DNA of 64,000 nt from Candidatus Woodwardiibium gallinarum (GCA_904419545.1 CAJFRY010000001.1:80922-144921); one strand, 5' to 3'; shown: positions 10,389 through 19,899, counted from the first letter of the stretch. A program made the numbers and translations. The notes: generated by a model not told the origin, from the letters alone.

Positions 10389-11519
10389 ATGAAGCGGCTG
10401 ATGTTGACTGCGGTGCGGATTCGTGCACTGCTTTCGTCCAACAGGTTGGTCTCTGCGCTGTATTTTGGAGGCGTGCTTCTGGCTGTTTTTTCCATGCTCT
10501 TTATGTATATGACACAGTTGTCGCAGGTCAAATACGACGAAGAAGGCTATTATGAATATTCAGTTCGTTCCGCAGGGGACGAGAGCTTTTCGCTTGAACG
10601 GGGACTGGAAGCTGCGCGCGCGGCTGCGGCGCTTTTCGGAGAACGCGGAGACTTTCTCTGGGGCGGCTTTTACGCGGTTTGTACGCTCGGCGAGGTCTTT
10701 GATCATCCTCCGGCAGGTTACGGTGCGGATACGACCGTGTATCCGATGGTTCTGCTCGATGGTTGGTACGCCGGTCAGGTCGAATGGAAGGACGGCCTTG
10801 ATCTTTGCGCCGAACGTGTCATGGGCCGTCCGTATGCGGTGGCTTTGGATGCGCATCTGATGCAGTCGTCTGCGAGCAGTGCCTATGGCCGGTCTGTCGG
10901 GCTGTTCGGTGAAGAACATATTCTGCTCGGAACACATGGCGAATACGGCAATGAAATCATGTTCGCTCCCGATGACCCCTGCGTGTCTGCGCTTTCTTTC
11001 AGGGTGCTTCGCTTTGTGACCGGTCACCCGCTGCGTGGGAACGAGCTGGACAGGCTTGAAAGCTTGGCCGGCTCTCTCTTCCGCGAACCGGTGCTGCACA
11101 CGCCGTCTACGCCGGAGATGAAATATCGGGAATCGTTTCTCTCCTCGATGCTGCTCATTGCGGCTTTTACTGCCGTTTCGATGATTGCATTCGCCTTTCT
11201 TTTCGGCTTTTTGCTCGAAAGCCGTTCTGCCGAGGTTCGTGTGATGCTTCTCTGCGGGGCATCCCGGGTGAGTGCCTGCCTGTCGGTGCTTATGGATGCG
11301 TTCATTGTCAATCTGGTTGCGGGCGTCGTTTCATTGGGTATCTTTGCCTTTGCCAAGGATGCGGTTTTTTCGTCTGTTGTGAATACGACCCTGTATCTGT
11401 CGGATTACCTGATCATCTTGCTTTGTTTTCTGGCAGCCAGTCTGCTGGTCTGCTGTCCGATGCTGTATAACCATGCCACGAATACGATAGCGGAAGTGAG
11501 GCGGAAGCATACCAAATGA
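10389..11519 (+). CDS. FtsX/MacB-like ABC permease
   Basis: N-terminal TM, large extracellular region, three C-terminal TMs with SRSAEVRVMLLCGAS FtsX-type motif. Confidence 0.75.
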   Translation: MKRLMLTAVRIRALLSSNRLVSALYFGGVLLAVFSMLFMYMTQLSQVKYDEEGYYEYSVRSAGDESFSLERGLEAARAAAALFGERGDFLWGGFYAVCTLGEVFDHPPAGYGADTTVYPMVLLDGWYAGQVEWKDGLDLCAERVMGRPYAVALDAHLMQSSASSAYGRSVGLFGEEHILLGTHGEYGNEIMFAPDDPCVSALSFRVLRFVTGHPLRGNELDRLESLAGSLFREPVLHTPSTPEMKYRESFLSSMLLIAAFTAVSMIAFAFLFGFLLESRSAEVRVMLLCGASRVSACLSVLMDAFIVNLVAGVVSLGIFAFAKDAVFSSVVNTTLYLSDYLIILLCFLAASLLVCCPMLYNHATNTIAEVRRKHTK

Positions 11520-12757
11520 AAAATTTGAAGCTGATGTTGTGTTTTTTCAGGAAAAATCCCTTTCTGCTTCTTTTTGTCCTGCTGGAAATGACTCTGTCGA
11601 TGGCACTGTTTGCCGATCAGCTTGGCGAGCTGCAGTACCGGCATTATGCGCTCGATCTCTATCAGGACTCGGAACTGGTCGGCTGTGACCATTTTACCGC
11701 ACATATTGTTCCGGGTCTGACCGATTCGCCCGACAGCGCAATGGCGGCCATTTTTGAAGCTGCGCAAAATACCGACGGCGTGGAGGCCATCGGAATCAAC
11801 CGTACCTTCGGAGGTATAAACGCGGCGGATCTGAACTTGGAGAGGAAACTTCAACGAAGATATACCGTCTCCCTGCTTACGCCGTCGGTTTTCAACTCGC
11901 TGCCGCTCGAGCTTTCCGACGGGACATGGCAGCCCGAAGAAAAGTTGTCACAGACGGTTGTGGACGTTGTCGCCTGCGGCAGTCTTGCGTTGAAACACCG
12001 CGTCGGCGACGTTGTACCTATTGTTGCGGAGGACGAGTCCGGCGATGCGGCCGTTTTGGAATTGAAGGTCGTCGGACGTGTCGCACCGCCCGGTTTTTCG
12101 GTTTCACTCCGAATCAGTTCCAATGCCTTCTCGGCTGATGACCTGTTCAGTGCATCGGATTGCTTTATTGCCGTTCCCACCCGGACGAATGAAGAATCGC
12201 TCTCAAAGTATGCTTCTGTTAACGGCGCAGATCGCGGTATGATGATTCAATATGAGCGGGATTTGGATGCGGTTTCGCTTGAACGAGCACGCGCCAGCCT
12301 GCGAAGCTGGGGTTATCTGACCACTTCGGAGGAGATGATTGCCAATACCGAGAGGCGCATGCGGGAGGATTTTAACGAGCGATTTCCGATAATTATGTTT
12401 TTCCTTATTATTTCATCGTTCAGTATGATTGCTTCCGTAATCGTGACGCAGATGAAAATGTATCATAATAACGCGGTTTATTATCTGTGCGGCTCGACTG
12501 CGCCGCGATGCTTTTTGTATTCCGGCATACCTGCGGCCTTTGTCGGCTTTTTGGCTCTGCTTGCAAATCTGGGGCGGATCGCCTATTATCATATGAATAT
12601 AGACTTTTGGTCGTCGTTAAAGCCGAAGATTCTGAACGGTACAACTGTTGCAATTGTGACCGTATATTTTGCCGTCACCATTTTGGTGGCCATTGTGGCT
12701 TCTTATTATGTTTTCCGAAAAAATACGCCGATCGAAAGCTATCGGAAGAACAAATAG
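11516..12757 (+). CDS. FtsX/MacB-like ABC permease
   Basis: Same topology; NAVYYLCGST motif, ends KNTPIESYR; ATGA-coupled to the previous gene. Confidence 0.75.
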   Translation: MKNLKLMLCFFRKNPFLLLFVLLEMTLSMALFADQLGELQYRHYALDLYQDSELVGCDHFTAHIVPGLTDSPDSAMAAIFEAAQNTDGVEAIGINRTFGGINAADLNLERKLQRRYTVSLLTPSVFNSLPLELSDGTWQPEEKLSQTVVDVVACGSLALKHRVGDVVPIVAEDESGDAAVLELKVVGRVAPPGFSVSLRISSNAFSADDLFSASDCFIAVPTRTNEESLSKYASVNGADRGMMIQYERDLDAVSLERARASLRSWGYLTTSEEMIANTERRMREDFNERFPIIMFFLIISSFSMIASVIVTQMKMYHNNAVYYLCGSTAPRCFLYSGIPAAFVGFLALLANLGRIAYYHMNIDFWSSLKPKILNGTTVAIVTVYFAVTILVAIVASYYVFRKNTPIESYRKNK

Positions 12758-12770
12758 GGTGGTGGATAAC

Positions 12771-13448
12771 ATGATCGAATTGCATCAGTTGAACAAATAT
12801 TATAAAGTAGGGAAGCAGAAATTCCACGCGCTCAAGGACATAGAGCTGACGGTCGGAGACGGGGAAATGGTCGCCGTCGTCGGCAAGTCCGGCGCGGGAA
12901 AATCCACGCTGATGAATATTCTCGGTATGGTCGATTCGTGGGATTCCGGCAGCTATGTGCTGGATGGGATCGACGTCAAGTCCCTTTCGGACAGAAGTCT
13001 GGCAAAAATGCGCAATGAGAAGGTCGGCTTCGTGCTTCAGGATTTCGCTCTCATTGAAGATCAGACGGTTCTGTTCAATGTTTCGCTGCCGTTGCTTTTG
13101 GGCAAAAAGGCAGGCTATGGGGACGTTAAGCCAAAAGCCGTCAGCGCACTGGAAAAGGTCGGGCTGTTCGATCAGAAAAGCAAGAAGGTCGGCCAGTTGT
13201 CCGGCGGACAGAAGCAGCGCGTTGCGATTGCGCGCGCCATTGTCGGAGAGCCGTCGCTGATTCTTGCGGACGAGCCGACGGGCGCGTTGGACTCCAAAAC
13301 AGGGCAGGAGATCATAGAATTGCTTAGGCAGCGTAACGAAGCCGGCACGACTGTGATTCTCATCACGCATGATGAGGCGGTCAGCGAAGCCTGCGGTCGT
13401 ATCGTCCGTATCAGCGACGGACGGCTCGAATCGTTTTTCAAAGAATAG
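12771..13448 (+). CDS. ABC ATP-binding protein (LolD/MacB type)
   Basis: GKSGAGKST, LSGGQKQRVAIARA, ILADEPTGALD, ITHD. Confidence 0.95.
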   Translation: MIELHQLNKYYKVGKQKFHALKDIELTVGDGEMVAVVGKSGAGKSTLMNILGMVDSWDSGSYVLDGIDVKSLSDRSLAKMRNEKVGFVLQDFALIEDQTVLFNVSLPLLLGKKAGYGDVKPKAVSALEKVGLFDQKSKKVGQLSGGQKQRVAIARAIVGEPSLILADEPTGALDSKTGQEIIELLRQRNEAGTTVILITHDEAVSEACGRIVRISDGRLESFFKE

Positions 13449-13628
13449 CGGAACCGACCGGCAAGAGGAGAAATCGGCCGATGTGCTTCGTGTGCGAAAG
13501 AATCCGAAAAATTAAAATGCGGCGTCAATCCCTATTTTGTCAAGTCGATTTCCACAGGTTATGTCGTCTTCGCGCTAAAGCCAAATGAGGGGGGTATATA
13601 ATACTACAAAAGTATTAGGAGGTATAGT

Positions 13629-14672
13629 ATGTGCACATTAAAATCGAATGTTAAATTTACGCTTTTATCATGTATTTTGTGTTTTGTGCTCCTGCTGCCG
13701 GTGTTTGCGAGTGCTGCCTTCGCTGCATAGTCACAGGTACAGACACAGGCGAGTAGGGTTACGTATCATTATTTGCGCAATATGCTCAGCGGATTATACT
13801 TGGATGTGAGCGGCGGCACTGCAAGCAGCGGAACGAATGTTCAAATTTACACGGGCAATAAAACGGCGTCTCAAAAATGGAAATTCGAGCTGCTTTCCAA
13901 CGGCTATTATGTAATCCGTTCGGCGCTTTCCGACAGCCTTGCCTTGGCTGTGCAATCCAATTATACAAGCGACAGGAGCAATGTCTGCATTAGATCGATC
14001 GGAAATTCCAATACGAACGTACCGGATTATGCGTTGTGGAAGGTCACGGACAATGGCGACTGCACTCTGCGGATCTCCTCAAAATGCAGCGGGGACACGA
14101 AATATCTCGATTGTAACAACGGCGGCTCTTCCAGCGGGACGAATGTGATTCAATATACATATAACGGCGATATGAACATGCGCTGGATGATCGAACGGGA
14201 CGACGAGAGCGAGAAGCATATTGGCATAATGGGAACCTGTATTGACGGAAACGGTCATATGGACTGGGAGGGCAGCACGAAGTACGACACAGAGTTTCGC
14301 GCGGCGATCGACGTCTGAAATGCGTATAAGCCGGGCATGATCCGCGAAGATACGGTCCGGATTTACCAGGATGTGGCCGTCAAGGATTACACAAAGGGCG
14401 ATGAACGTGTGCACGCCGGCTGGACGGTGATGGCCTACAACGGTTCGACCAACGGCGAGGGAACGATCTATCTGAATACATATTTTATGGACGGGTATGA
14501 TTACGACGAGCGAAAGAGCGTCGCGCTGCACGAGCTCGGGCATGCCCTCGGGCTTGGCGAGAGTTCCTATACCTACAATTGTATGTATTCCGGGTACTCC
14601 CGGAACATCACGCTCAGTTTCGCCGACCGGCGTTCGCTGGACGAGGTATACGCAGCGAAGGTCAACGGCTGA
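13629..14672 (+). pseudogene. secreted ricin-B lectin + matrixin-like metalloprotease with two in-frame stops
   Basis: AGGAGG RBS, ATG 13629, signal peptide to AFAA, TAG 13728-30; ricin repeats (SGLYLDV..GTNVQIY..SQKWKF); TGA 14316-18 in AIDV*NAY where Trp is expected; HELGHALGLGE plus Met-turn NCMY; all one frame. Confidence 0.8.
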
Positions 14673-14722
14673 GCTGCGTGGTAGAACAGACGGATACGAT
14701 GCAGAAAAGGAGCTTTTTGGTT

Positions 14723-15319
14723 ATGAAAAAATGGAACAGATTCGCGCTTATGCTCGTAACGGCGGTTGTGCTTGTGGTGTTCTCGGCTGGCGCTTCCGGC
14801 GCGGGCGAACCGATGGTCTGCTATCGGTACAACCGCTATGTGTTCGATGCTTCCGACCCTGCGGTGGTCGCGGGTGTTTATGAGAATGTGTTCGTGGCGC
14901 GCGTGATGGAAAAGACCGGCAACCGTCCGGAAGCGGACGAGGCCCTGTTCCCGTACACGGTCTATACCGTTGAAATTCTCCGGACGCTCAAGGGCTCGCT
15001 GGAGGCCGGCACGACGCAGGTCCTGTACAAGGAGGGCGGCGTAAATGCGGACGGCCTGCTCTGCGTCAACGTCGGCGACGAGCAGCCTGTGGTCGGCGGC
15101 TATTATGTCTTTTTGACTTCGCCGGAAGAAGACGGCGGACAGAGAGCGGCCGGCGCCCATTGCCAGGTTCCGCTGCTCGGTCTGGAAAGCGGCTCGTCGG
15201 TTGACGACGGGACGCTGGACGCCAACCCGACGGTGCAGCAATACGCGTCGGCGGTTGCCGCGCAGGTTCCGTACGAGCCGGACGTCCGCCGCGTATCCTC
15301 GCAGCCGCTGCTGCACTGA
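14723..15319 (+). CDS. secreted/cell-surface protein, TIMP/OB-fold-like pattern
   Basis: Signal peptide MKKWNRFALMLVTAVVLVVFSAGASG; NVFVARV...YTVYTVEILRTLKG...GGYYVF pattern; AAGGAG RBS. Confidence 0.7.
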   Translation: MKKWNRFALMLVTAVVLVVFSAGASGAGEPMVCYRYNRYVFDASDPAVVAGVYENVFVARVMEKTGNRPEADEALFPYTVYTVEILRTLKGSLEAGTTQVLYKEGGVNADGLLCVNVGDEQPVVGGYYVFLTSPEEDGGQRAAGAHCQVPLLGLESGSSVDDGTLDANPTVQQYASAVAAQVPYEPDVRRVSSQPLLH

Positions 15320-15356
15320 GGAAAAGCGGCCGGCCAAAAATAAATATATTACGCAT

Positions 15357-15387
15357 GGAAGCATCAAGCCGGAAGCTTGATGCTTCC
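15357..15387 (+). terminator. hairpin / probable terminator
   Basis: GGAAGCATCAAGC-CGGAA-GCTTGATGCTTCC perfect 13-bp stem; U-tract not immediately adjacent. Confidence 0.6.
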
Positions 15388-15515
15388 GAGCGGCTTTTGA
15401 AAGATTAAGCATACGAACAGCAGCCATTTTTGTTGCTTGCGGGTAAATGAATCCGTTGGAGACAGCCTTTTTGATTGGCAAAAAACGCTGCTGACTGTAA
15501 TAGAAACGAATGAAA

Positions 15516-15650
15516 GAGAGGTTGTATTTGTGCGCTGCTATTGCTGCTATAAGCCTTTTCTTCATAAATAGGCCGTAAGGAAAACACGATAAACCTTTTG
15601 ACGGACAGTTTTGCCTGCCCTCTGTTTCGTGTTGTCTTTACGGCTTTTTT
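15516..15650 (+). promoter_or_regulatory. leader peptide plus terminator attenuator upstream of ABC exporter
   Basis: GAGAGG RBS; uORF GTG 15530-15571 MRCYCCYKPFLHK* (or TTG 15528-15578 MCAAIAAISLFFINRP*); stem 15572-15589/15627-15644 followed by T6. Confidence 0.6.
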
Positions 15651-15706
15651 GCGCCGGATTGACGGTACGAACAAGAATAAGGGACTTATATCAGGGAGGC
15701 AGAATC

Positions 15707-17464
15707 ATGTTTTTGGGTTTGTTTTTCTTTATCCGGCAAGGCTGGAAACAGGACAAACGGTATATTTTGTGGAACATATTGTATCAGCTCGTCAGCGCGC
15801 TGATTCCTGTCGTCGCGGCGCTGCTCCCGAAGCTGATCATAGGCGAACTCATGGGCGCGAAGGATGTCGCGAAAATCCTCACATATACCGCCTTATTCAC
15901 GGGCTATACGCTGATTGCGACGGCCTTGTCCGCTTATTTTTTCAACGACGGATTTACGAGACGCTGCCGTGTCGCAGCTGAATTTGACAGCGAGCTGCAC
16001 AGACGGTTGTGTATGTGCGATTATGGGAATCTCGAGAATCCAAAGTTTCTGGAAATGCAGGAGAAGGCCAAAAAGTTGCTCTACTGCAATTGGCATGGCT
16101 TCGGGTATCTTTTGGACTGCGCGCTTCAAATTACCGGTTATCTCGTCACCCTGCTTGGAATCGGTGCGATTCTGGCGACCTTGGAGCTTTGGGTGGTTTT
16201 GCTGTTCGCTTTGCTGGCTGCCCTTGGTGCGGTGACTGAGGCGCTGGTCAGGAAAAAGTTCAAACGGCTGGATGACGCTTTGATCGCCGACCAACGGCAA
16301 TGGAGCTATTACGCCGGCTTGTTCGACAAGGCGGAATACGGAAAAGAAATCCGCATTTATCAGGCGGGGCAATGGCTGTTGTCGAAAGAGCGTGCGTTTT
16401 TTACGCGCGCCAACGCCAATCTGAAAAAGCAGAATGGGGAATACACAAAATCGGGCCTGCTGATATCCGTTTTTACTTTTCTTCAGCAGCTCGCGGGCTA
16501 TGTGTATTTGATTCATCAGGTGCTGGCTGAATCAATTTCCATCGGAGATTTTACCATGTACGTGAGCGCCATAACGGTATTCGCATCCACGTTCCGGCAA
16601 ATTCTAAGCGCTATCGTTGAAATCCGGGCCTACGATATGTATTTCAGGGATTTGGACCGGTATCTGTCTGTGCCTGCCGTTCTGCGTTCGGGAAAAGCTC
16701 TGCCGGCGGTGGATGGCGCGCGGAATATTACGTTCAAGCATGTCGGCTTCAGGTATCCCGGCAGCGAACGTTATGCGCTCAAAGATATCAACCTTACGCT
16801 TCGCCCCGGACAGAAGCTGCTGGTAGTCGGCGAAAACGGCGCCGGTAAAACAACGTTTGTCAATCTGCTGCTGCGGCTTTACGATCCGACAGAGGGCGAA
16901 ATATTGCTCAACGGCGTGAACATCAAAACGTTTGCATATGATTCGTATTTGCAAATGTTTTCCGCCGTTTTTCAGAATTATCAGCTTTTTTCGTTTTCCT
17001 TAAGGGACAATGTGGCGATGTCTGCGTCCCCTGACGATGAAAAAGTCGAACGTCTTTTGCGCCAAGTCGGACTTGGAAGACTGCTCGAACGTCTGGAAAA
17101 CGGCATTCATACCTCCGTACATAAAAATCCGGACGGGACCGGCTTCGAGCCTTCAGGCGGAGAGGGACAGAAAATCGCCATAGCGCGGGCGCTTTATAAG
17201 GACGCGCCGATCGTTATTCTGGATGAACCGACTGAGGCGCTCGATCCCCGCGCCGAATATGAAATGTATCAGCATTTCAGCGAGCTGGTGAAAGGGAAAA
17301 GCGCGGTTTATATTTCGCATCGCTTAAGCAGCGCGAAATTCTGCGACGCGATTGCCGTTTTTGAAAACGGCCGCATCGTCGAAAACGGCACGCATAATCA
17401 ATTGCTGCGGCTCGGCGGCAAATATGCGGCGCTGTTCCGGACGCAGGCGGATTTCTATGTTTGA
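15707..17464 (+). CDS. ABC exporter, fused TM + ATPase (multidrug/peptide type half transporter)
   Basis: N-terminal TM region; GENGAGKTT, PSGGEGQKIAIARA, ILDEPTEALD, ISHRLS; GGGAGG RBS. Confidence 0.93.
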   Translation: MFLGLFFFIRQGWKQDKRYILWNILYQLVSALIPVVAALLPKLIIGELMGAKDVAKILTYTALFTGYTLIATALSAYFFNDGFTRRCRVAAEFDSELHRRLCMCDYGNLENPKFLEMQEKAKKLLYCNWHGFGYLLDCALQITGYLVTLLGIGAILATLELWVVLLFALLAALGAVTEALVRKKFKRLDDALIADQRQWSYYAGLFDKAEYGKEIRIYQAGQWLLSKERAFFTRANANLKKQNGEYTKSGLLISVFTFLQQLAGYVYLIHQVLAESISIGDFTMYVSAITVFASTFRQILSAIVEIRAYDMYFRDLDRYLSVPAVLRSGKALPAVDGARNITFKHVGFRYPGSERYALKDINLTLRPGQKLLVVGENGAGKTTFVNLLLRLYDPTEGEILLNGVNIKTFAYDSYLQMFSAVFQNYQLFSFSLRDNVAMSASPDDEKVERLLRQVGLGRLLERLENGIHTSVHKNPDGTGFEPSGGEGQKIAIARALYKDAPIVILDEPTEALDPRAEYEMYQHFSELVKGKSAVYISHRLSSAKFCDAIAVFENGRIVENGTHNQLLRLGGKYAALFRTQADFYV

Positions 17465-17723
17465 TTTTTCCCGTGCTGAAACAGGCGCAGCTTTACCAAA
17501 GCGGGGCAAAAGAGCGTCGGCCGTGCGGTGAAATCAACTTGTGGCAAAAAAGTCAAGTCTCCGCAGGCATTGTGCCCGTGGGGTCAGCTTGTCGATAAAG
17601 TTTGATTGGGATTTGGACACCGGCTTTATATATATCCTCAAAAGGTTTGGAAAAGGGATTCATAAGGCGATAGTTCTTAAGCAGAGGGCGGGGCGATACC
17701 CTGGAAATCCTTTTTCGGCAGTC

Positions 17724-17758
17724 AAAAACTCCCACGGGTGAAATGCCCGTGGGAGTTT
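17724..17758 (-). terminator. pnp terminator (possibly bidirectional)
   Basis: AAACTCCCACGGG / CCCGTGGGAGTTT inverted repeat with A-tract on the left. Confidence 0.85.
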
Positions 17759-17778
17759 CTCTGCGTTGTGATCTTGCG

Positions 17779-19869
17779 TTAGCGGCCGATGGCATCCTTG
17801 CGGGAGAGATTGATTCTGCCCTTGTTGTCCACGCCGAGAACCATAACCTTGATTTCGTCGCCGATGGAAACAACGTCCTCCACTTTACCGACACGCTTGG
17901 TGTCAAGCTTGGAGATGTGGACAAGTCCCTCCTTACCGGGTGCATATTCAACGAAGCAGCCGATCGGAATGATTCCCGTAACCTTACCGGTGTAGATGGC
18001 GCCTGGCTCGGGATCCTTGACGATTGCGTCAATGATGGCCAAAGCCTTGTACGCGTCGTCCTTGTTGACTGCGGCGATAAAGATACTGCCGTCGTCCTCG
18101 ATGTCGATTTTCGCATTCGTGTCGGCGCAGATCTTTTGGATGACCTTACCTCCCGAGCCGATGACCTCGCGGATTTTCTCGGTGTCAATCTTGGTGGTAA
18201 TCATCTTGGGTGCATATTTCGAGACGTCATCGCGCGGCGCAGCGATGACGGGCGTGAGAACGTCGTCGATGATATAGAATCTGCCTTTGCGGGTCGTTTC
18301 CAGCGCGTTTTTAATGATTTCCGGCGTCAGGCCGTCGATCTTCAAATCCATCTGGATAGCGGTAATGCCCTTCTTCGTGCCGGCGACCTTGAAGTCCATA
18401 TCGCCGAAGAAGTCCTCCAGCCCCTGGATGTCGATCATCGTCATCCAGCGGTCGCCTTCGGTGATGAGACCGCAGGAAATACCGGCGACAGGCGCCTTGA
18501 TCGGTACGCCGGCATCCATCAGCGCCAATGTCGAACCGCAGACGGAGGCCTGCGACGTCGAGCCGTTGGAGGAGAGAACCTCGGACACGCAACGGATTGC
18601 GTATGGGAATTCCTCAACTGTGGGCAGCACGGGTACGAGCGCGCGCTCCGCCAGCGCGCCGTGCCCGATTTCGCGGCGGCCGGGCGAACGGGCGGCTTTG
18701 GCTTCGCCCACGGAATAGCCGGGCATGTTATATTGATGCATATAGCGCTTTGTTTCTTCCTCGTCGATTCCGTCAAGCAGCTGCGAGTCGCGAATCGAGC
18801 CGAGCGTGGCCGTCGTCAGCACCTGCGTCTGGCCTCTGGTGAACATACCGGAGCCGTGAACGCGCGGCAGCAGTGAAACCTCGGCGGCGAGCGGACGGAT
18901 TTCGTCCATCCGTCTGCCGTCCACGCGGCGCTGCTCGTCCAGCAGCCAGCGGCGGACGATCTTCTTCTGGAGCTTGTACATACACTCATCAATAAGCGCC
19001 TTGCTGTCGGGATATTCCTCCGCGAGCGCTTCGTAAACGCGCTCGTAGACCGGCTTGAGCGCCGCGTCGCGCACACGCTTGTCGTCGGTGTCCAGCGCTT
19101 TGCGGACGTCGTCGGCCGCAAGCGCTTCGATCTTGTCGAACATGGCCGGGTCGATCTCACAGGAGGCATAGGCGAACTTTTCTTTGCCGATCTCGGCGCG
19201 GATGGAGTTGATGAAGTCGACAAGCGGCTTGATGGCCTCGTGCGCCTTCATAATCGCGTCGAACATAATGTCGTCGGAAATTTCCTTCGCGCCCGCTTCG
19301 ATCATCACGACCTTCTCGCGCGTGCCGGCGACTGTCAGCTCCAGCTCGCTCTTCTCGCGCTGCTCGAAGGTGGGGTTGATGACGATTTCGCCGTCTACAT
19401 AGCCGACAAACACGCCGCCGATCGGGCCGTTCCACGGAATATCGGAGATCGTCAGTGCGATCGACGCGCCGATCATCGCCGCAATTTCGGGCGAGTTGTC
19501 AGGGTCGACCGACATCACGGTCAGACTGAGGACGACGTCGTTGCGCAGGTCCTTGGGGAACAGCGGGCGGATCGGTCTGTCGATCACGCGCGCGGCGAGG
19601 ACGGCTTTCTCACTCGGACGGCCTTCTCTTTTGAGGAAGCTGCCCGGAATTTTGCCGACCGAATAGAGTTTTTCTTCAAAATCGACGGACAGGGGCAGAA
19701 AGTCGATACCGTCGCGCGGCGCGGCGGAGGCCGTCGCGTTGGCGAGGATAACGGTGTCGCCGTAGCGCACCAGGCACGAGCCGTTGGAGAGCTGCGCCAT
19801 TTTCCCGGTCTCGATTGTCAGGTCGCGGCCGGCAAGGTTATAGGTGAAGGTTCTGTAATGTTCAAACAT
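17779..19869 (-). CDS. pnp: polyribonucleotide nucleotidyltransferase (PNPase)
   Basis: RVIDRPIRPLFP, RREIGHGALAERAL, SNGSTSQASVCG, GDMDFKVAGT, KH and S1 domains. Confidence 0.99.
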   Translation of the reverse strand: MFEHYRTFTYNLAGRDLTIETGKMAQLSNGSCLVRYGDTVILANATASAAPRDGIDFLPLSVDFEEKLYSVGKIPGSFLKREGRPSEKAVLAARVIDRPIRPLFPKDLRNDVVLSLTVMSVDPDNSPEIAAMIGASIALTISDIPWNGPIGGVFVGYVDGEIVINPTFEQREKSELELTVAGTREKVVMIEAGAKEISDDIMFDAIMKAHEAIKPLVDFINSIRAEIGKEKFAYASCEIDPAMFDKIEALAADDVRKALDTDDKRVRDAALKPVYERVYEALAEEYPDSKALIDECMYKLQKKIVRRWLLDEQRRVDGRRMDEIRPLAAEVSLLPRVHGSGMFTRGQTQVLTTATLGSIRDSQLLDGIDEEETKRYMHQYNMPGYSVGEAKAARSPGRREIGHGALAERALVPVLPTVEEFPYAIRCVSEVLSSNGSTSQASVCGSTLALMDAGVPIKAPVAGISCGLITEGDRWMTMIDIQGLEDFFGDMDFKVAGTKKGITAIQMDLKIDGLTPEIIKNALETTRKGRFYIIDDVLTPVIAAPRDDVSKYAPKMITTKIDTEKIREVIGSGGKVIQKICADTNAKIDIEDDGSIFIAAVNKDDAYKALAIIDAIVKDPEPGAIYTGKVTGIIPIGCFVEYAPGKEGLVHISKLDTKRVGKVEDVVSIGDEIKVMVLGVDNKGRINLSRKDAIGR

Positions 19870-19899
19870 GGCTTTTTGTCCTTTCGTTTTTTTATTTCC

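Noticed and set aside
12761-12770. DnaA-box-like GGTGGATAAC
   Set aside because: Single imperfect copy coinciding with an RBS.
13728-14318. Genome-wide stop-codon reassignment, selenocysteine or pyrrolysine
   Set aside because: TGA ends nusG, secE, glgC and pheT; TAG ends ftsW, sigH and island genes; Trp is TGG elsewhere in the same gene; no sel/pyl genes in the window.
17465-17720. Possible gene remnant or island boundary repeat
   Set aside because: No matching direct repeat found near 9400-9650; short ORFs lack RBS and motifs.
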